Shown one piece after another: positions 6,887-17,259 of a DNA stretch of 64,000 nucleotides (within the stretch, counting starts at the first letter, position 1; the number at the start of each line of letters is the position of its first letter). A program made the translations under genes and the position numbers. The notes under the pieces are model-generated. The model ran no database searches, was not told where the DNA came from, and saw nothing but the letters and a program-made list of their open reading frames with translations. Source of the DNA: Pseudomonas phage vB_PaeP_TUMS_P10. The stretch lies in the sequence record OM782452.1; one strand, written 5' to 3'.

Positions 6887-7615
6887 ATGACTCAAGCTGC
6901 TGTACCTGCACAGCCGATCACTCAGTTGACGGCAGACCAATTCAAGAAGTCCTTGCCGGAGAAGCTCCGTGGGTCCATCACCCCGGAGATCATGAATACT
7001 CTGAATGGGATGCTCGCCGATCCCGACATGTGCGAAGCCTACCGGGACAACCTGCTGGGCTACACGCATGTGATGAACGAAGGCAAGTTCAAGCTGGATG
7101 GGTACATCCATGCGGTGAAGTACGTGAGCCACAAGCTCATGGGCTGCACAAACATTGACGCCTTCAGCCGGACTTTCCCTGACAAGATCCAGCGGTGGAC
7201 GATGCAGAACTATGCATCGAAAGACATTGCCAGCTACGTCAGTGCGTACAACAAGTCGAAGCTGGTGAACCTGATTCTGGAACAGACGCTGATTCCGACT
7301 CACGTTCTGAATGCTGATATCTACCAGAAGGCCATCAACGTCCAGGCTAAACTGATGATGACTGCCACTTCGGAGAAGGTTCGGTGTGAAGCGGCCAACA
7401 GTCTGCTGACCCACCTGAAGGCACCGGAGAAGACCAAGCTACAGATCGATGTGTCTGCTGGTACTTCGTCTCTGCTCCAGGATCTCCGAGCCAACGTTGC
7501 AGCACTGGCAGAGATGGAGCAACGGATGATCTCCAGCAACCAGATCACTGCACGGGAAGCAGCAGAACGTAAGCTTGTGTTCGAACAAGCTGAGGATGCG
7601 GAGATCATTCAATGA
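6887..7615 (+). CDS. first late-operon protein; putative terminase small subunit, called from its position immediately upstream of TerL
   Basis: 242 aa; stop overlaps the TerL start (ATGA); no diagnostic motif recognised. Confidence 0.35.
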   Translation: MTQAAVPAQPITQLTADQFKKSLPEKLRGSITPEIMNTLNGMLADPDMCEAYRDNLLGYTHVMNEGKFKLDGYIHAVKYVSHKLMGCTNIDAFSRTFPDKIQRWTMQNYASKDIASYVSAYNKSKLVNLILEQTLIPTHVLNADIYQKAINVQAKLMMTATSEKVRCEAANSLLTHLKAPEKTKLQIDVSAGTSSLLQDLRANVAALAEMEQRMISSNQITAREAAERKLVFEQAEDAEIIQ

Positions 7616-9300
7616 ATGTAGAAGATGACAACATCTTCAACATCGGCGTAGACAGACTGAGCAAAGCCATCAGTGATCACTACGCTGAAGCGGAGATGGA
7701 GAAGGAGGCACCCACAGTAGAGAAGTGGTTGAACTCCGTCTGCTACGACTATGCCCTGCCTTACACCCCTGGTTTGTTCGCCATCGAGTTTGTCCAGTTC
7801 ATCAAGCTGGTGAACGGCGGGCAAGGCGAGGAGAACAAGACTCCGGTTCTCCATTACCGGATGCTCGATCAGGTAGGCAGTGGCGAACGACGTATCGCCA
7901 ACATGGTTTTCCGTGGTGCGGCCAAGACCACTCTGATGGGTGAGTACCTGTTCCTGTACCTCGGGGTCTATGGTGATCTTCCTGGTTTCGGGAAGGTAGA
8001 CCTTGCTCTGTATGTATCCGACTCCATCGATAACGGGGTCAAGAACATGCGGAAGAACTTGGAGTACCGCTGGGAGAACAGTGCTTTCTTGCAGCAGTTC
8101 CTGCCTCCCGGCGGTGGTACAGATTTCACCGACATTCGGTGGAAGTTCGTCAACATCGAAGGGAACGTCTTCATCGTCAAAGGCTACGGTGCCAAGACTG
8201 GTGTCCGTGGTGCGAAGGAGATGGGTAAGCGACCGCAGCTTGCGGTTCTCGATGACCTGGTTTCAGACGAAGATGCTCGCTCGCCTACTGTGATTGCGTC
8301 TATCGAAGACACGGTTTACAAGGCGGTGGACTACGCATTGCACCCAACCCGTAACATGATCATCTGGTCGGGTACACCGTTTAACGCCAAGGATCCGCTG
8401 TACAAAGCAGTCGAGTCCGGTGCCTGGAAGGTGAACGTCTATCCTGTGTGCGAGAAGTTCCCGTGCTCGGAGAAAGATTTCCGTGGTGCATGGCCTGACC
8501 GTTTCACCTACGACTTCGTGAAGAAGAAGTACGAGGCTGCACTCAAGGCAGGGAAGATCGACACGTTCAACCAAGAACTGATGCTTCGCATCATGTCGGA
8601 TGAAGACCGCTTGATCCAGGACAACGAGTTGCAGTGGTACGACCACGGTTCGGTTACCCGGAACAAGAACAACTTCAACTTCTACATCACTACGGACTTC
8701 GCAGTGTCTGCTAATACAGCGGCTGACTACAGTGTGATCAGTGTCTGGGCACTGGCTGCAAACCAGTCCTGGTACTGGGTAGATGGAATCTGTAAACGGC
8801 AGCTGATGGACAAGAACGTGGATGACCTGTTCCGTCTGGTTCAGAAGTGGAGGCCCATGAGTGTGGGTATCGAGATCTCCGGACAGCAGGCAGGTTTCAT
8901 TCCCTGGCTTCAATCCGAAATGAACAACCGGAGGTTGTACTTCACCTTGGCGTCGCAGAACAACAAGGGCACCCCAGGTCTACGGCCATCTACTCAGACC
9001 TCTAAGGTAGAGCGGTTCATGGTCATGGTTCCCTTCTTCAAGACTGCGAAGATGTTCTTCCCTCTTGGCTTCAAGAGCCACGAGTGGATGCGGGAATTCC
9101 TGGAGGAGATCAGTCTGGTTTCTCCTGCTGGTTTCCGGTCGAAGCATGACGACGTATGCGATACTGTGAGCCAGCTTGCTCTGATGAATCCCATCCCACC
9201 TTCGGAAGAGGCACCAATGCACTACTCCCATGAAGGGCAGATGTGGGAGAGCGAAGCTGAAGAGCAATCATATTCCTGGCGGGAGAGCTATCTGGTATGA
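7612..9300 (+). CDS. terL: terminase large subunit
   Basis: 562 aa; ATPase-like RGAAKTT Walker-A-like segment, LAVLDDL Walker-B-like segment, C-terminal nuclease-like acidic motifs; position before the portal. Confidence 0.75.
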   Translation: MNVEDDNIFNIGVDRLSKAISDHYAEAEMEKEAPTVEKWLNSVCYDYALPYTPGLFAIEFVQFIKLVNGGQGEENKTPVLHYRMLDQVGSGERRIANMVFRGAAKTTLMGEYLFLYLGVYGDLPGFGKVDLALYVSDSIDNGVKNMRKNLEYRWENSAFLQQFLPPGGGTDFTDIRWKFVNIEGNVFIVKGYGAKTGVRGAKEMGKRPQLAVLDDLVSDEDARSPTVIASIEDTVYKAVDYALHPTRNMIIWSGTPFNAKDPLYKAVESGAWKVNVYPVCEKFPCSEKDFRGAWPDRFTYDFVKKKYEAALKAGKIDTFNQELMLRIMSDEDRLIQDNELQWYDHGSVTRNKNNFNFYITTDFAVSANTAADYSVISVWALAANQSWYWVDGICKRQLMDKNVDDLFRLVQKWRPMSVGIEISGQQAGFIPWLQSEMNNRRLYFTLASQNNKGTPGLRPSTQTSKVERFMVMVPFFKTAKMFFPLGFKSHEWMREFLEEISLVSPAGFRSKHDDVCDTVSQLALMNPIPPSEEAPMHYSHEGQMWESEAEEQSYSWRESYLV

Positions 9301-10031
9301 CTTTCAAACTGAAAGAGGTGGTCAACGAACTCGTTGACTTCCAGCTGTCCAACATCCATGTGGTGGATGGCGAGACACACAAGCTCAATCCGATCTTCAT
9401 TCCGAAGATCGCAAGGGCTGTGAACGATGGAGTCTTGGAACTCCACAAGAGATTCGATCTCAAGACCGGTACTATCCGGGTAGAGATGCTGAAGGATACC
9501 TATCGGTATCACTTGGTTCCTGAAAGGCAGAAGGGTAACCGTGCCAAACCAGGGATCGTTCAGTATATCGAGATGGAACACGACAAGCTGTTCCCTCGGT
9601 CTATCCTGAAGGTGGAATCCGTTAAGGATTGTCATGGACGGGAGTACGATATCAACACTGGCAGTTGTTGGTCCGTTACCTTTCCCCAAGACAACATCTT
9701 GGAGATAGATCCTGACCTGTTCTCGTACATTCCCGGCAAATACCTGACATTGAAGTACAGGAAAGCACCGAGAAGTCAGATTGTGTGTGAGGATGTGATG
9801 GAAGACTGGGCTTGCATTCCAGTTGATCTTCCCTATACTCACAAACAAGCTCTGACCTACTTCGTTGCGTCCCGTTTCCAGACTCCTATCGGATTCATGG
9901 AGAACACTGCACTCGAAGGAGTGAACTACGCAAGGATGTACGAGTCGGAGTGTGCCAATCTGGAGGCACTAAGTTTGCACAATGGATCTCTAGGATTTGT
10001 AGATCCTGTGCGACGGGGAGGCTGGGCGTAA
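9297..10031 (+). CDS. hypothetical virion/late protein
   Basis: 244 aa, translationally coupled to terL (ATGA), followed by a terminator hairpin. Confidence 0.5.
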   Translation: MTFKLKEVVNELVDFQLSNIHVVDGETHKLNPIFIPKIARAVNDGVLELHKRFDLKTGTIRVEMLKDTYRYHLVPERQKGNRAKPGIVQYIEMEHDKLFPRSILKVESVKDCHGREYDINTGSCWSVTFPQDNILEIDPDLFSYIPGKYLTLKYRKAPRSQIVCEDVMEDWACIPVDLPYTHKQALTYFVASRFQTPIGFMENTALEGVNYARMYESECANLEALSLHNGSLGFVDPVRRGGWA

Positions 10032-10038
10032 GGGTGAA

Positions 10039-10069
10039 GGGGAACCAGGACGGTTCCCCTTTTTCTTTT
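10039..10069. terminator. bidirectional rho-independent terminator between convergent genes
   Basis: ggggaacc-aggac-ggttcccc stem-loop followed by tttttctttt on the plus strand and an A-tract on the other. Confidence 0.6.
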
Positions 10070-10490
10070 AGGCTTTGCCGGTGCTACCGAACCCACCTTC
10101 ACCACGACTGGTTTCAGGAAGTTCTTCCACCAGTTGCAGTTCCGGGGTATAGGCCGGGACGATCACGAACTGAAGTACACGATCACCCTTCTCCCATTTG
10201 AAGTCCGGGCCGTCGGTCAGGATCTTCGCCATCCATTCCCCGCGATAGTCAGCGTCGATTACCCCACAGGTATTGCGAAGACGTACACCCATCTTGGCTC
10301 CAACTCCCGAACGGGGAAGTAGCAGAGCTACGAAGCCAGGCGGGATAGCCGTAGAGAAGCCCAACGGAACGAGTTTGTCCGTGTTCATCTTGGCTTCGCC
10401 GGCCTCCGGCATGTAGATATCGAAACCACCTGCGGTATCACTACCACGGGTAGGCATGATAAAGTCCTCGCACAGCGCTTTAATTTCCAT
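10068..10490 (-). CDS. dut: dUTP diphosphatase (dUTPase)
   Basis: all five trimeric dUTPase motifs: GGFDIY, PRSG, GVIDADYRGE, RVLQFVIVP, RGEGGFGSTG; AGGAG RBS upstream on the minus strand. Confidence 0.9.
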   Translation of the reverse strand: MEIKALCEDFIMPTRGSDTAGGFDIYMPEAGEAKMNTDKLVPLGFSTAIPPGFVALLLPRSGVGAKMGVRLRNTCGVIDADYRGEWMAKILTDGPDFKWEKGDRVLQFVIVPAYTPELQLVEELPETSRGEGGFGSTGKA

Positions 10491-10509
10491 TTGATCTCCT
10501 TTGGAGTGG

Positions 10510-12675
10510 ATGATGAATCAAGATAATGAGCTACCTCCCCAGGAGGTAACAGCGCCTGCCAAGTTGCAGCCGGATTGGAGCAATGCCCCAAACCTGTCGC
10601 AACTGAAGCAGGACTTTGATGATGGCAAGCAAGTAGCCGAAGCCCAGATCTCCAAGATCAAGCAGTGGCTAGATTACATGCATGCCACTGGTGAAGGTAA
10701 AGCCAGGGCACCGAAAGGTCGATCTCAGGTACAGCCGAAGCTGATTCGTAAGCAGGCCGAGTGGCGATACGCTTCCCTGAGTGAACCGTTCCTCTCCAGT
10801 CCCAACGTGTTCAACGTTGAGCCGGTTACCTGGGAGGATGTGGAAGCTGCCCGCCAGAACCAGATGGTCCTGAACTACCAGTTCAACAACAAGTTGAACA
10901 AGCAGAAGTTCATCGACACGTTCATTCGTGCAGCAGTGAACGAAGGTACTGCAATCGTCAAGACCGGCTGGGACTTCAGAACTCGTGAAGTGGAAGAGGT
11001 GAAGATCACCTATGCCCTGTACGAGGACCAGTCTGCGATGCAAACCATGGAAGAGATTGCCCAGCTGAAGGCTGAGAGTCCTTCCGAATATCCTGAACTC
11101 CCCGAGGAACTTCGCGTCGCTTTCGAGAACTATGAAAGTGATGGCATTCCCTACATCGCTATCCCGAATGGCAGCGAGAAAGTGAAGGTCCAGAAGACTG
11201 TAGTCAACCAACCAACCCTGAAGGTATGCGATTTCCGCAACATCGTCATCGATCCGTCTTGCAACGGTGACATGAACAAAGCGAAGTTCGTGGTTGAAAC
11301 CTTCGAAAGCTCCTATGCTGAACTGAAGGCTGATGGTCGATACAAGAACCTGGAGAAGATCAATGAACAGACCTCTGACATTCTATCCCAACCTGACTAC
11401 GCCACTGGGTCGGAGAGTGTTCGCAATTTCGACTTTGCTGACCGCTCCCGTAAAAGGCTTGTGGTTCATGAGTATTGGGGATATTACGATATTCATGGTG
11501 ACGGCGAGTTGCATTCTATTGTCGCAACTTGGGTAGGTCAGATCCTCATCCGTCTGGAACTGAACCCGTTCCCGGACGGTAAGATCCCCTATGTAGTTGC
11601 TGCATACCTGCCTGTGAAAGACAGTGTGTACGGTGACAGTGACGGATCTCTGTTGATCGACAACCAGAAGATCGTCGGTGCCATCTCTCGTGGGATGATC
11701 GACATCATGGCCCAATCGGCCAATGGTCAGGTTGGTTTCCAGAAGGGTGCATTGGATATCACCAACCGTCGGCGTTTTGAACGGGGTGAAACCTATGAGT
11801 TCAACCCAGGGAACAACCCGGCAACTGCGATCTACACCCATACCTTCCAGGAGATTCCGCGATCTGCTGAGTACATGCTGAACCAGCAGCAGCTGGAAGC
11901 GGAGTCGATGACTGGTGTGAAAGCTTTCAACACCGGCATCTCTGGCCAGGCATTGGGCGATACGGCTACTGGTATTCGCGGTGCTCTGGATGCTGCATCG
12001 AAACGGGAACTGGGCATCCTTCGTCGGCTGAGTGATTGCCTGATCGAAGTAGGTCGTCGTGTAATCGCGATGAACGCTGAGTTCCTGGATGACGAAGAAG
12101 TCATTCGGATCACCAACGAAGGGTTCGTTACTGTTCGTCGTGACGATCTTGCCGGTGAGTTCGATCTGCGGTTGAGTATCAGCACTGCTGAAGAAGACAA
12201 CGCCAAGGTTGCCGACTTGAGCTTCATGCTTCAAACCATGGGGCCGAACCTGGAATGGGGAATGAACCAGATGATTCTGGCGGAGATTGCGGAACTGAAG
12301 AAGATGCCAGACTTGGCACATCAGATTCGTAACTACCAGCCGCAACCGGATCCGATTGCTCAGCGTAAGGCCGAACTGGAAGTTGCTCTGCTGGAAGCAC
12401 AAGTTCAGGAAACTCTGGCCAAGGCACAGCAGGCTGCAAGTACTGGTTACCTCAATACCAGCAAAGCTGGCACCGAAGGTCAGAAAGCTCGTGCTCTGGG
12501 TAGTCAGGCAGACCTTGCAGATCTGGACTTCGTTGAACGTGAGTCTGGTGTAACTCAGGAACGAGAACTGGAGAAGACGAGGGTACAAGCTGATGCTCAA
12601 GCACAGGGAAGACTCTTGGATTCCATAGTCCGCCGCAATGAAGAGGCAACTGTAGCCAGGACTTCCAAACGATAA
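10510..12675 (+). CDS. portal protein (putative)
   Basis: about 720 aa between terminase and scaffold/capsid; the track start at 10501 is TTG, the first ATG is 10510/10513 after GGAG. Confidence 0.55.
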   Translation: MMNQDNELPPQEVTAPAKLQPDWSNAPNLSQLKQDFDDGKQVAEAQISKIKQWLDYMHATGEGKARAPKGRSQVQPKLIRKQAEWRYASLSEPFLSSPNVFNVEPVTWEDVEAARQNQMVLNYQFNNKLNKQKFIDTFIRAAVNEGTAIVKTGWDFRTREVEEVKITYALYEDQSAMQTMEEIAQLKAESPSEYPELPEELRVAFENYESDGIPYIAIPNGSEKVKVQKTVVNQPTLKVCDFRNIVIDPSCNGDMNKAKFVVETFESSYAELKADGRYKNLEKINEQTSDILSQPDYATGSESVRNFDFADRSRKRLVVHEYWGYYDIHGDGELHSIVATWVGQILIRLELNPFPDGKIPYVVAAYLPVKDSVYGDSDGSLLIDNQKIVGAISRGMIDIMAQSANGQVGFQKGALDITNRRRFERGETYEFNPGNNPATAIYTHTFQEIPRSAEYMLNQQQLEAESMTGVKAFNTGISGQALGDTATGIRGALDAASKRELGILRRLSDCLIEVGRRVIAMNAEFLDDEEVIRITNEGFVTVRRDDLAGEFDLRLSISTAEEDNAKVADLSFMLQTMGPNLEWGMNQMILAEIAELKKMPDLAHQIRNYQPQPDPIAQRKAELEVALLEAQVQETLAKAQQAASTGYLNTSKAGTEGQKARALGSQADLADLDFVERESGVTQERELEKTRVQADAQAQGRLLDSIVRRNEEATVARTSKR

Positions 12676-12690
12676 ACTAACTATGTATAT

Positions 12691-12715
12691 TAGAGCCACC
12701 CTTACCCGGTGGCTC
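12691..12715 (+). other. perfect 9-bp stem-loop (agagccacc/ggtggctct) downstream of the portal gene, no T-tract
   Basis: inverted repeat read directly; possible attenuator or RNA processing site. Confidence 0.35.
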
Positions 12716-12741
12716 TGTCCACTTAACCAGAGAGAAATGAG

Positions 12742-13083
12742 ATGAACTCGACCATTAAAGAAATTCAAGTCAGTGTCCAGGAACTGCGGGACCACATCAA
12801 AGCAGGTGAAGCACTGGAACGTCTTCGCCGGAACAGTGACTTCCATCTCGTGGTCAGTCATGGCTATCTGGAAGAAGAAGCCATCCGACTGGTCCACAGC
12901 CGCAGCGACATGTCGAACCAAGGTCTGGCCGAAGCCAACCTTCGTGACATCGAAGCTATCTCGTCCTTCCGCGACTTCCTGATGAACCTGGCCCGTCGGG
13001 CCGAACAAGCCAAGGGCGCGCTGGAGATCTACGAGCGTGATCTGCTGGAAGCCGAGGCCGAAGCAGAAGAGGCAGGTGAATAA
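12742..13083 (+). CDS. hypothetical coiled-coil late protein
   Basis: 113 aa, acidic C-terminus, in the late operon. Confidence 0.5.
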   Translation: MNSTIKEIQVSVQELRDHIKAGEALERLRRNSDFHLVVSHGYLEEEAIRLVHSRSDMSNQGLAEANLRDIEAISSFRDFLMNLARRAEQAKGALEIYERDLLEAEAEAEEAGE

Positions 13084-13085
13084 CC

Positions 13086-14312
13086 ATGGCTGATCTCGAC
13101 TTCCTCGACATGCCGGATGACGAACTCCCCGAGTTCGAATCGGTACGCGAACAGATCGAAGAAGCGGATGCCAAAGAACCGGAGGGGCGTGAAGACGCCT
13201 CTGCTGGTTTGTCCGCTGAAGAACAAGAGCAAGCCGAACTGGAAGCTCAAGTTCAACCCGAAGACGACGATGACGAACACGTCGGCGAGCAGTTGGGTGA
13301 TGAAGATACCCCTGCTGAAGAAGAAGACCCCGCCGAGGATGAAGACGGCGAAGCTAACGAGGATGAGGCGCCAGCCGAGTCCGAAGTTACGGATGCCGGC
13401 GAATCCGAAGGCAAAGAGCAAGAGAAGGAAACCGAACAAGCAACTGCTCCTGAAGAGGATGTAGTTAAGTTCCGTGATACGATCCTTGCTCCGTTCAAAG
13501 CCAATGGTCGAGAGATCCAGGTGAAGAACGCCGAGGAGGCACAACGTCTGATGCAGATGGGTGCCAACTACAACCAGAAGATGCAGGCACTCAAGCCGCA
13601 TCTCGCTCTGCTGCGACAGTTGGAGGACGCCAACCTGGCATCTCCTGAAGCAGTGGGGCAGATCTTGGATTTGCTCAAGCACAAGAAGCCGGAAGCGATT
13701 GCTGCCCTGGCCAAAAGTGCAGGGGTAGATCCGCTGGATATCGATGAGAAGAAGGTCGAAGGCTATAAGCCCCAGGCTGTTCAAATCGATCCGGTTGCCG
13801 AGGCAATGTCGGATGCACTGGATGCTATCCAACATTCGCAACACTACACTCGTGTAGTTAACACTGCCAAGGCATTCGACTCGCAGTCCAAGAAGTGGCT
13901 TTCCGAGAACCCTGCTATTCTGGGTTATATGGAGAGTCAGATGAGTAACGGCGTATTCGATATTATCGATGCCGAAGTTGCTCGTCGTAAGATTCTGGAT
14001 CCGCGAGTTAGCAACGCCCCGTACTTGCAGGTTTACCAGCAAGTTGGTGAAGAACTTCAGAAGCAAGGAGCTTTCGCTGCTATCGAACAAGCTGCGGCCA
14101 ATGCTCAGGCAGTTAAAACTCCCGCTGCTCCTGTTAAGGTCACTACTGCTGGTGCTAAACCTGCTAGTGCGGCTGTTAATGCGCGTAAACGTGCAGCTGC
14201 TCCTACTTCTTCTTCCACTCCGCGTAAAACTCAGGCAAACTACAACCCGCTTGATATGTCGGATGAAGAGTTCGAGAAGCATTCGGCACAACACTTCAAA
14301 TATATTCACTGA
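13086..14312 (+). CDS. putative scaffolding protein
   Basis: 408 aa with a very acidic N-terminal third (runs of D/E), immediately upstream of the major capsid gene. Confidence 0.5.
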   Translation: MADLDFLDMPDDELPEFESVREQIEEADAKEPEGREDASAGLSAEEQEQAELEAQVQPEDDDDEHVGEQLGDEDTPAEEEDPAEDEDGEANEDEAPAESEVTDAGESEGKEQEKETEQATAPEEDVVKFRDTILAPFKANGREIQVKNAEEAQRLMQMGANYNQKMQALKPHLALLRQLEDANLASPEAVGQILDLLKHKKPEAIAALAKSAGVDPLDIDEKKVEGYKPQAVQIDPVAEAMSDALDAIQHSQHYTRVVNTAKAFDSQSKKWLSENPAILGYMESQMSNGVFDIIDAEVARRKILDPRVSNAPYLQVYQQVGEELQKQGAFAAIEQAAANAQAVKTPAAPVKVTTAGAKPASAAVNARKRAAAPTSSSTPRKTQANYNPLDMSDEEFEKHSAQHFKYIH

Positions 14313-14338
14313 ACTGCAACTGAAAGAGGAAATGAGCA

Positions 14339-15532
14339 ATGGCCGCTCCAGATCCGTACAAGCCCGGTAAGTACAACGACCCTGCGGGCGGGGTAGAGTC
14401 CAGTATCGGTCCGCAAACGCAGACTCAGTACTGGATGAAGCAAGCTCTGATCGACGCCCGTAAAGAGGCGTACTTCGGTCAGCTGGCTTCCGTCTTCGGC
14501 ATGCCGAAGCACTACGGCAAGAAGATCGTCCGCATGCACTACATCCCGCTGCTCGACGACCGCAACATCAACGACCAGGGCATCGACGCTTCCGGCGCTA
14601 CCATCGCCAACGGCAACCTCTACGGTTCCAGCCGTGACGTGGGCACCATCGTCGGCAAGATGCCGACCCTCACCGAAGTCGGCGGTCGTGTGAACCGCGT
14701 TGGCTTCAAGCGCGTTCTGCTCGAAGGCAAGCTGGAAAAGTACGGCTTCTTCCGGGAGTACACCCAGGAGTCGCTGGACTTCGATAGCGACGCAGAACTG
14801 GACATGCACGTTGGACGTGAGATGCTGAAAGGCGCCAACGAGATGACCGAAGACCTGCTCCAGATCGACCTGCTCAACAGCGCCGGCGTCGTCCGTTATC
14901 CGGGCGCAGCCACCCAGGACAGCGAAGTGGATGCCACCACGGAAGTCACCTACGACTCCCTGATGCGCCTCAACATCGACCTGGACAACAACCGCGCCCC
15001 GAAGGGCACCAAGATGATCACCGGCACCCGGATGATCGACACCCGCACCATTCCGGGATGCCGTCCGCTGTACTGCGGCAGTGAACTGATTCCGACCCTG
15101 AAAGCCATGAAGGACAACCACGGCAATCCGGCGTTCATCTCCATCGAGAAGTACGCGGCTGGCGGCAACACCTTCATCGGCGAGATCGGTGCAATCGATC
15201 AGTTCCGCATCATCATCAACCCGCAGATGATGCACTGGCAGGGCGCCGGTAAGGCAGTCGATCCGGCTGCCGACGGCTACCACGACTTCAACGACAAGTA
15301 CAGCATCTTCCCGATGCTGGTGATCTCGTCCGAGGCGTTCACCACCGTTGGTTTCCAGACCGACGGCAAGAACGTCAAGTTCAAGATCTACAACAAGAAG
15401 CCTGGCGAAGCGACCGCTGACCGCCTGGATCCTTACGGCGAAATGGGCTTCATGTCCATCAAGTGGTACTACGGCTTCATGGTGTACCGTCCCGAGTGGA
15501 TCGCGCTCATCAAGACCGTAGCCCGCCTGTAA
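14339..15532 (+). CDS. major capsid protein (N4-like)
   Basis: 397 aa, the size and position expected for an N4-type MCP; followed by a strong terminator; AGAGGA RBS. Confidence 0.75.
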   Translation: MAAPDPYKPGKYNDPAGGVESSIGPQTQTQYWMKQALIDARKEAYFGQLASVFGMPKHYGKKIVRMHYIPLLDDRNINDQGIDASGATIANGNLYGSSRDVGTIVGKMPTLTEVGGRVNRVGFKRVLLEGKLEKYGFFREYTQESLDFDSDAELDMHVGREMLKGANEMTEDLLQIDLLNSAGVVRYPGAATQDSEVDATTEVTYDSLMRLNIDLDNNRAPKGTKMITGTRMIDTRTIPGCRPLYCGSELIPTLKAMKDNHGNPAFISIEKYAAGGNTFIGEIGAIDQFRIIINPQMMHWQGAGKAVDPAADGYHDFNDKYSIFPMLVISSEAFTTVGFQTDGKNVKFKIYNKKPGEATADRLDPYGEMGFMSIKWYYGFMVYRPEWIALIKTVARL

Positions 15533-15542
15533 GGTAGGCTGG

Positions 15543-15568
15543 AGGGGAGGGAAACCTCCCCTTTTTTA
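15543..15568 (+). terminator. rho-independent terminator after the capsid gene
   Basis: aggggagg-gaaa-cctcccct hairpin followed by tttttt. Confidence 0.7.
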
Positions 15569-15591
15569 ACTCCGCCCAGAGGAATCAAACC

Positions 15592-16230
15592 ATGTCTCTC
15601 GACAACGCCCTGAACAACGAAGTCCAAGATCCCACCGAAGAAGATCCGGCTGCTCTGCCGCAGCGTTCCGAACTGGAAGTCCTGCAAGAGCGCGCGACCC
15701 AACTGGGTCTGAAGTTCCGTTCCAACACCGGCGTGGACAAGCTCCGTGCCATGGTCAATGCCGCCATCGAAGGCGAAACCATCGTAGACGAGGAAGAAGA
15801 AGTGTCCGAAACCGCCATCCCGCAGCCGAGCGCCCTGGCCGCTGCCGCTGAAGAAGCCGAAACCCCGAACCAGCGTAAGCGCCGCCAGCGTAACGAAGCA
15901 CGCAAGCTCGTCCGCTGCCGCATCACCTGCCACAACCCGAACAAGACCGAGTGGGAAAGCGAGATCTTCACCTTCGGTAACGATGTCGTCGGCACCCTGC
16001 GTCGCTGCGTTCCGTTCGAAACCGACTGGCACGTCGAAGCCGCCTTGCTCAACATGATCAAGGCCCGCAACTACCAGCACTTCTACAACGCCAAGGATCC
16101 GAGCACCGGCAAGACCTACCGTACCTCCAAGCAGGTACGTGAGTTCGCCATCGAGATCCTGCCGCCGCTGACCGAAGCGGAACTGGAAGACCTGCGCCAA
16201 GCACAAGCCGCTCGCGGCACGCTGGATTAA
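15592..16230 (+). CDS. hypothetical virion protein (Cys-containing)
   Basis: 212 aa; RCRITCH...RRC possible metal-binding cysteines. Confidence 0.5.
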   Translation: MSLDNALNNEVQDPTEEDPAALPQRSELEVLQERATQLGLKFRSNTGVDKLRAMVNAAIEGETIVDEEEEVSETAIPQPSALAAAAEEAETPNQRKRRQRNEARKLVRCRITCHNPNKTEWESEIFTFGNDVVGTLRRCVPFETDWHVEAALLNMIKARNYQHFYNAKDPSTGKTYRTSKQVREFAIEILPPLTEAELEDLRQAQAARGTLD

Positions 16231-16240
16231 GGAGTAAGCC

Positions 16241-17206
16241 ATGGCTGCCCAACCCATCACACTGAAGGACTTGACCGAGGTCAAGATCACCGGTGAAGGT
16301 GCGTTCGATCAGCTGATGCAGGCACTGCGGAATCACCTGGCTGAAGAACGTTCCAAAGGTCGAATGAAAGACCAGGAATACGGCCAGGTTCTTTCCGCTG
16401 GTATCGCAGCCATTCTTCAGAATGCTGTGGTATTCCTGCTTCAGAAGGATGAAGCGGCCAACAAGGCTGCCTTGATCGAAGCACAGATCAAGCTCACCGA
16501 GAAACAAGGTGAGTTGATCGACAAGCAGATCCTGAAGGAAGAGCATGACGCTGAACTGATTAAGGCCAAGACCAAGCTGACCCTGGAACAGGCGAAGCTG
16601 CCGGAGTCCCAGATCAAGTCTGCTGGTTTCCAAGACCTGCTGACCCAAGAGCAGACCAAGATGCCTGCTGCTCAGATCCGCAAGCTGGATGCTGAGATCA
16701 CCAGTCAAGGTTTCCAAGACCTGCAAGTGCAGGCGACCACCAAGCGGGTGGACCAGGAAACCAAGAACTTGGTATCGCAGAACTCGGTCATCCTGAAGCA
16801 AGCGGAACAGCTGACCCAGCAGATCCTGAATGCGAAACAGGAACTGCTCAACTTGGTTGCCCAGGAGTGTCTGCTGAAGGCCCAGTACGACCTGACCATG
16901 GAACAGAAGCTGAGCACCACTGCACAGACTGCACTGGTACAGCAGAAGACCAATACCGAACGAGCACAGACCGTCGCCTCCGGTACTGATCCTGATTCCG
17001 TCATCGGTCGTCAGAAGGCTCTGTACCTGGCACAGTCGGAAGGCTTCAAGCGAGACGCCGAGCAGAAGGCTGCGAAGATCCTGGTGGATTCCTGGAACGT
17101 GCGTCGTACAACTGACGAAGGCACTGTGGCTGACCAGACCAACGGCCTGTTCGACCCGAACATCGGGAGGGCTATCAACAAGCTCCTCTCTGGTGCAGGG
17201 GCGTAA
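16241..17206 (+). CDS. coiled-coil virion structural protein
   Basis: 321 aa, Q/K/E-rich heptad-like repeats. Confidence 0.5.
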   Translation: MAAQPITLKDLTEVKITGEGAFDQLMQALRNHLAEERSKGRMKDQEYGQVLSAGIAAILQNAVVFLLQKDEAANKAALIEAQIKLTEKQGELIDKQILKEEHDAELIKAKTKLTLEQAKLPESQIKSAGFQDLLTQEQTKMPAAQIRKLDAEITSQGFQDLQVQATTKRVDQETKNLVSQNSVILKQAEQLTQQILNAKQELLNLVAQECLLKAQYDLTMEQKLSTTAQTALVQQKTNTERAQTVASGTDPDSVIGRQKALYLAQSEGFKRDAEQKAAKILVDSWNVRRTTDEGTVADQTNGLFDPNIGRAINKLLSGAGA

Positions 17207-17224
17207 GCAGTTAGGTGTACACTA

Positions 17225-17248
17225 GGGGGACTTCGGTCCCCCTTTTTC
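17225..17248 (+). terminator. rho-independent terminator
   Basis: gggggac-ttcg-gtccccc followed by tttttc. Confidence 0.7.
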
Positions 17249-17259
17249 ATGAGGCGAAT

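Noticed and set aside
10501-10512. Portal gene start at 10501 as given in the ORF track
   Set aside because: Codon 10501 is TTG. The first ATG at 10510/10513, after GGAG, is the more plausible start. The same caution applies to track starts at 17215, 46531, 54305, 57522 and 6619.
11383-15283. Long minus-strand ORFs (541, 436, 325 aa) antisense to portal, scaffold and capsid genes
   Set aside because: Repetitive low-complexity translations. The plus-strand products are syntenic with N4-type late genes and are separated by terminators.
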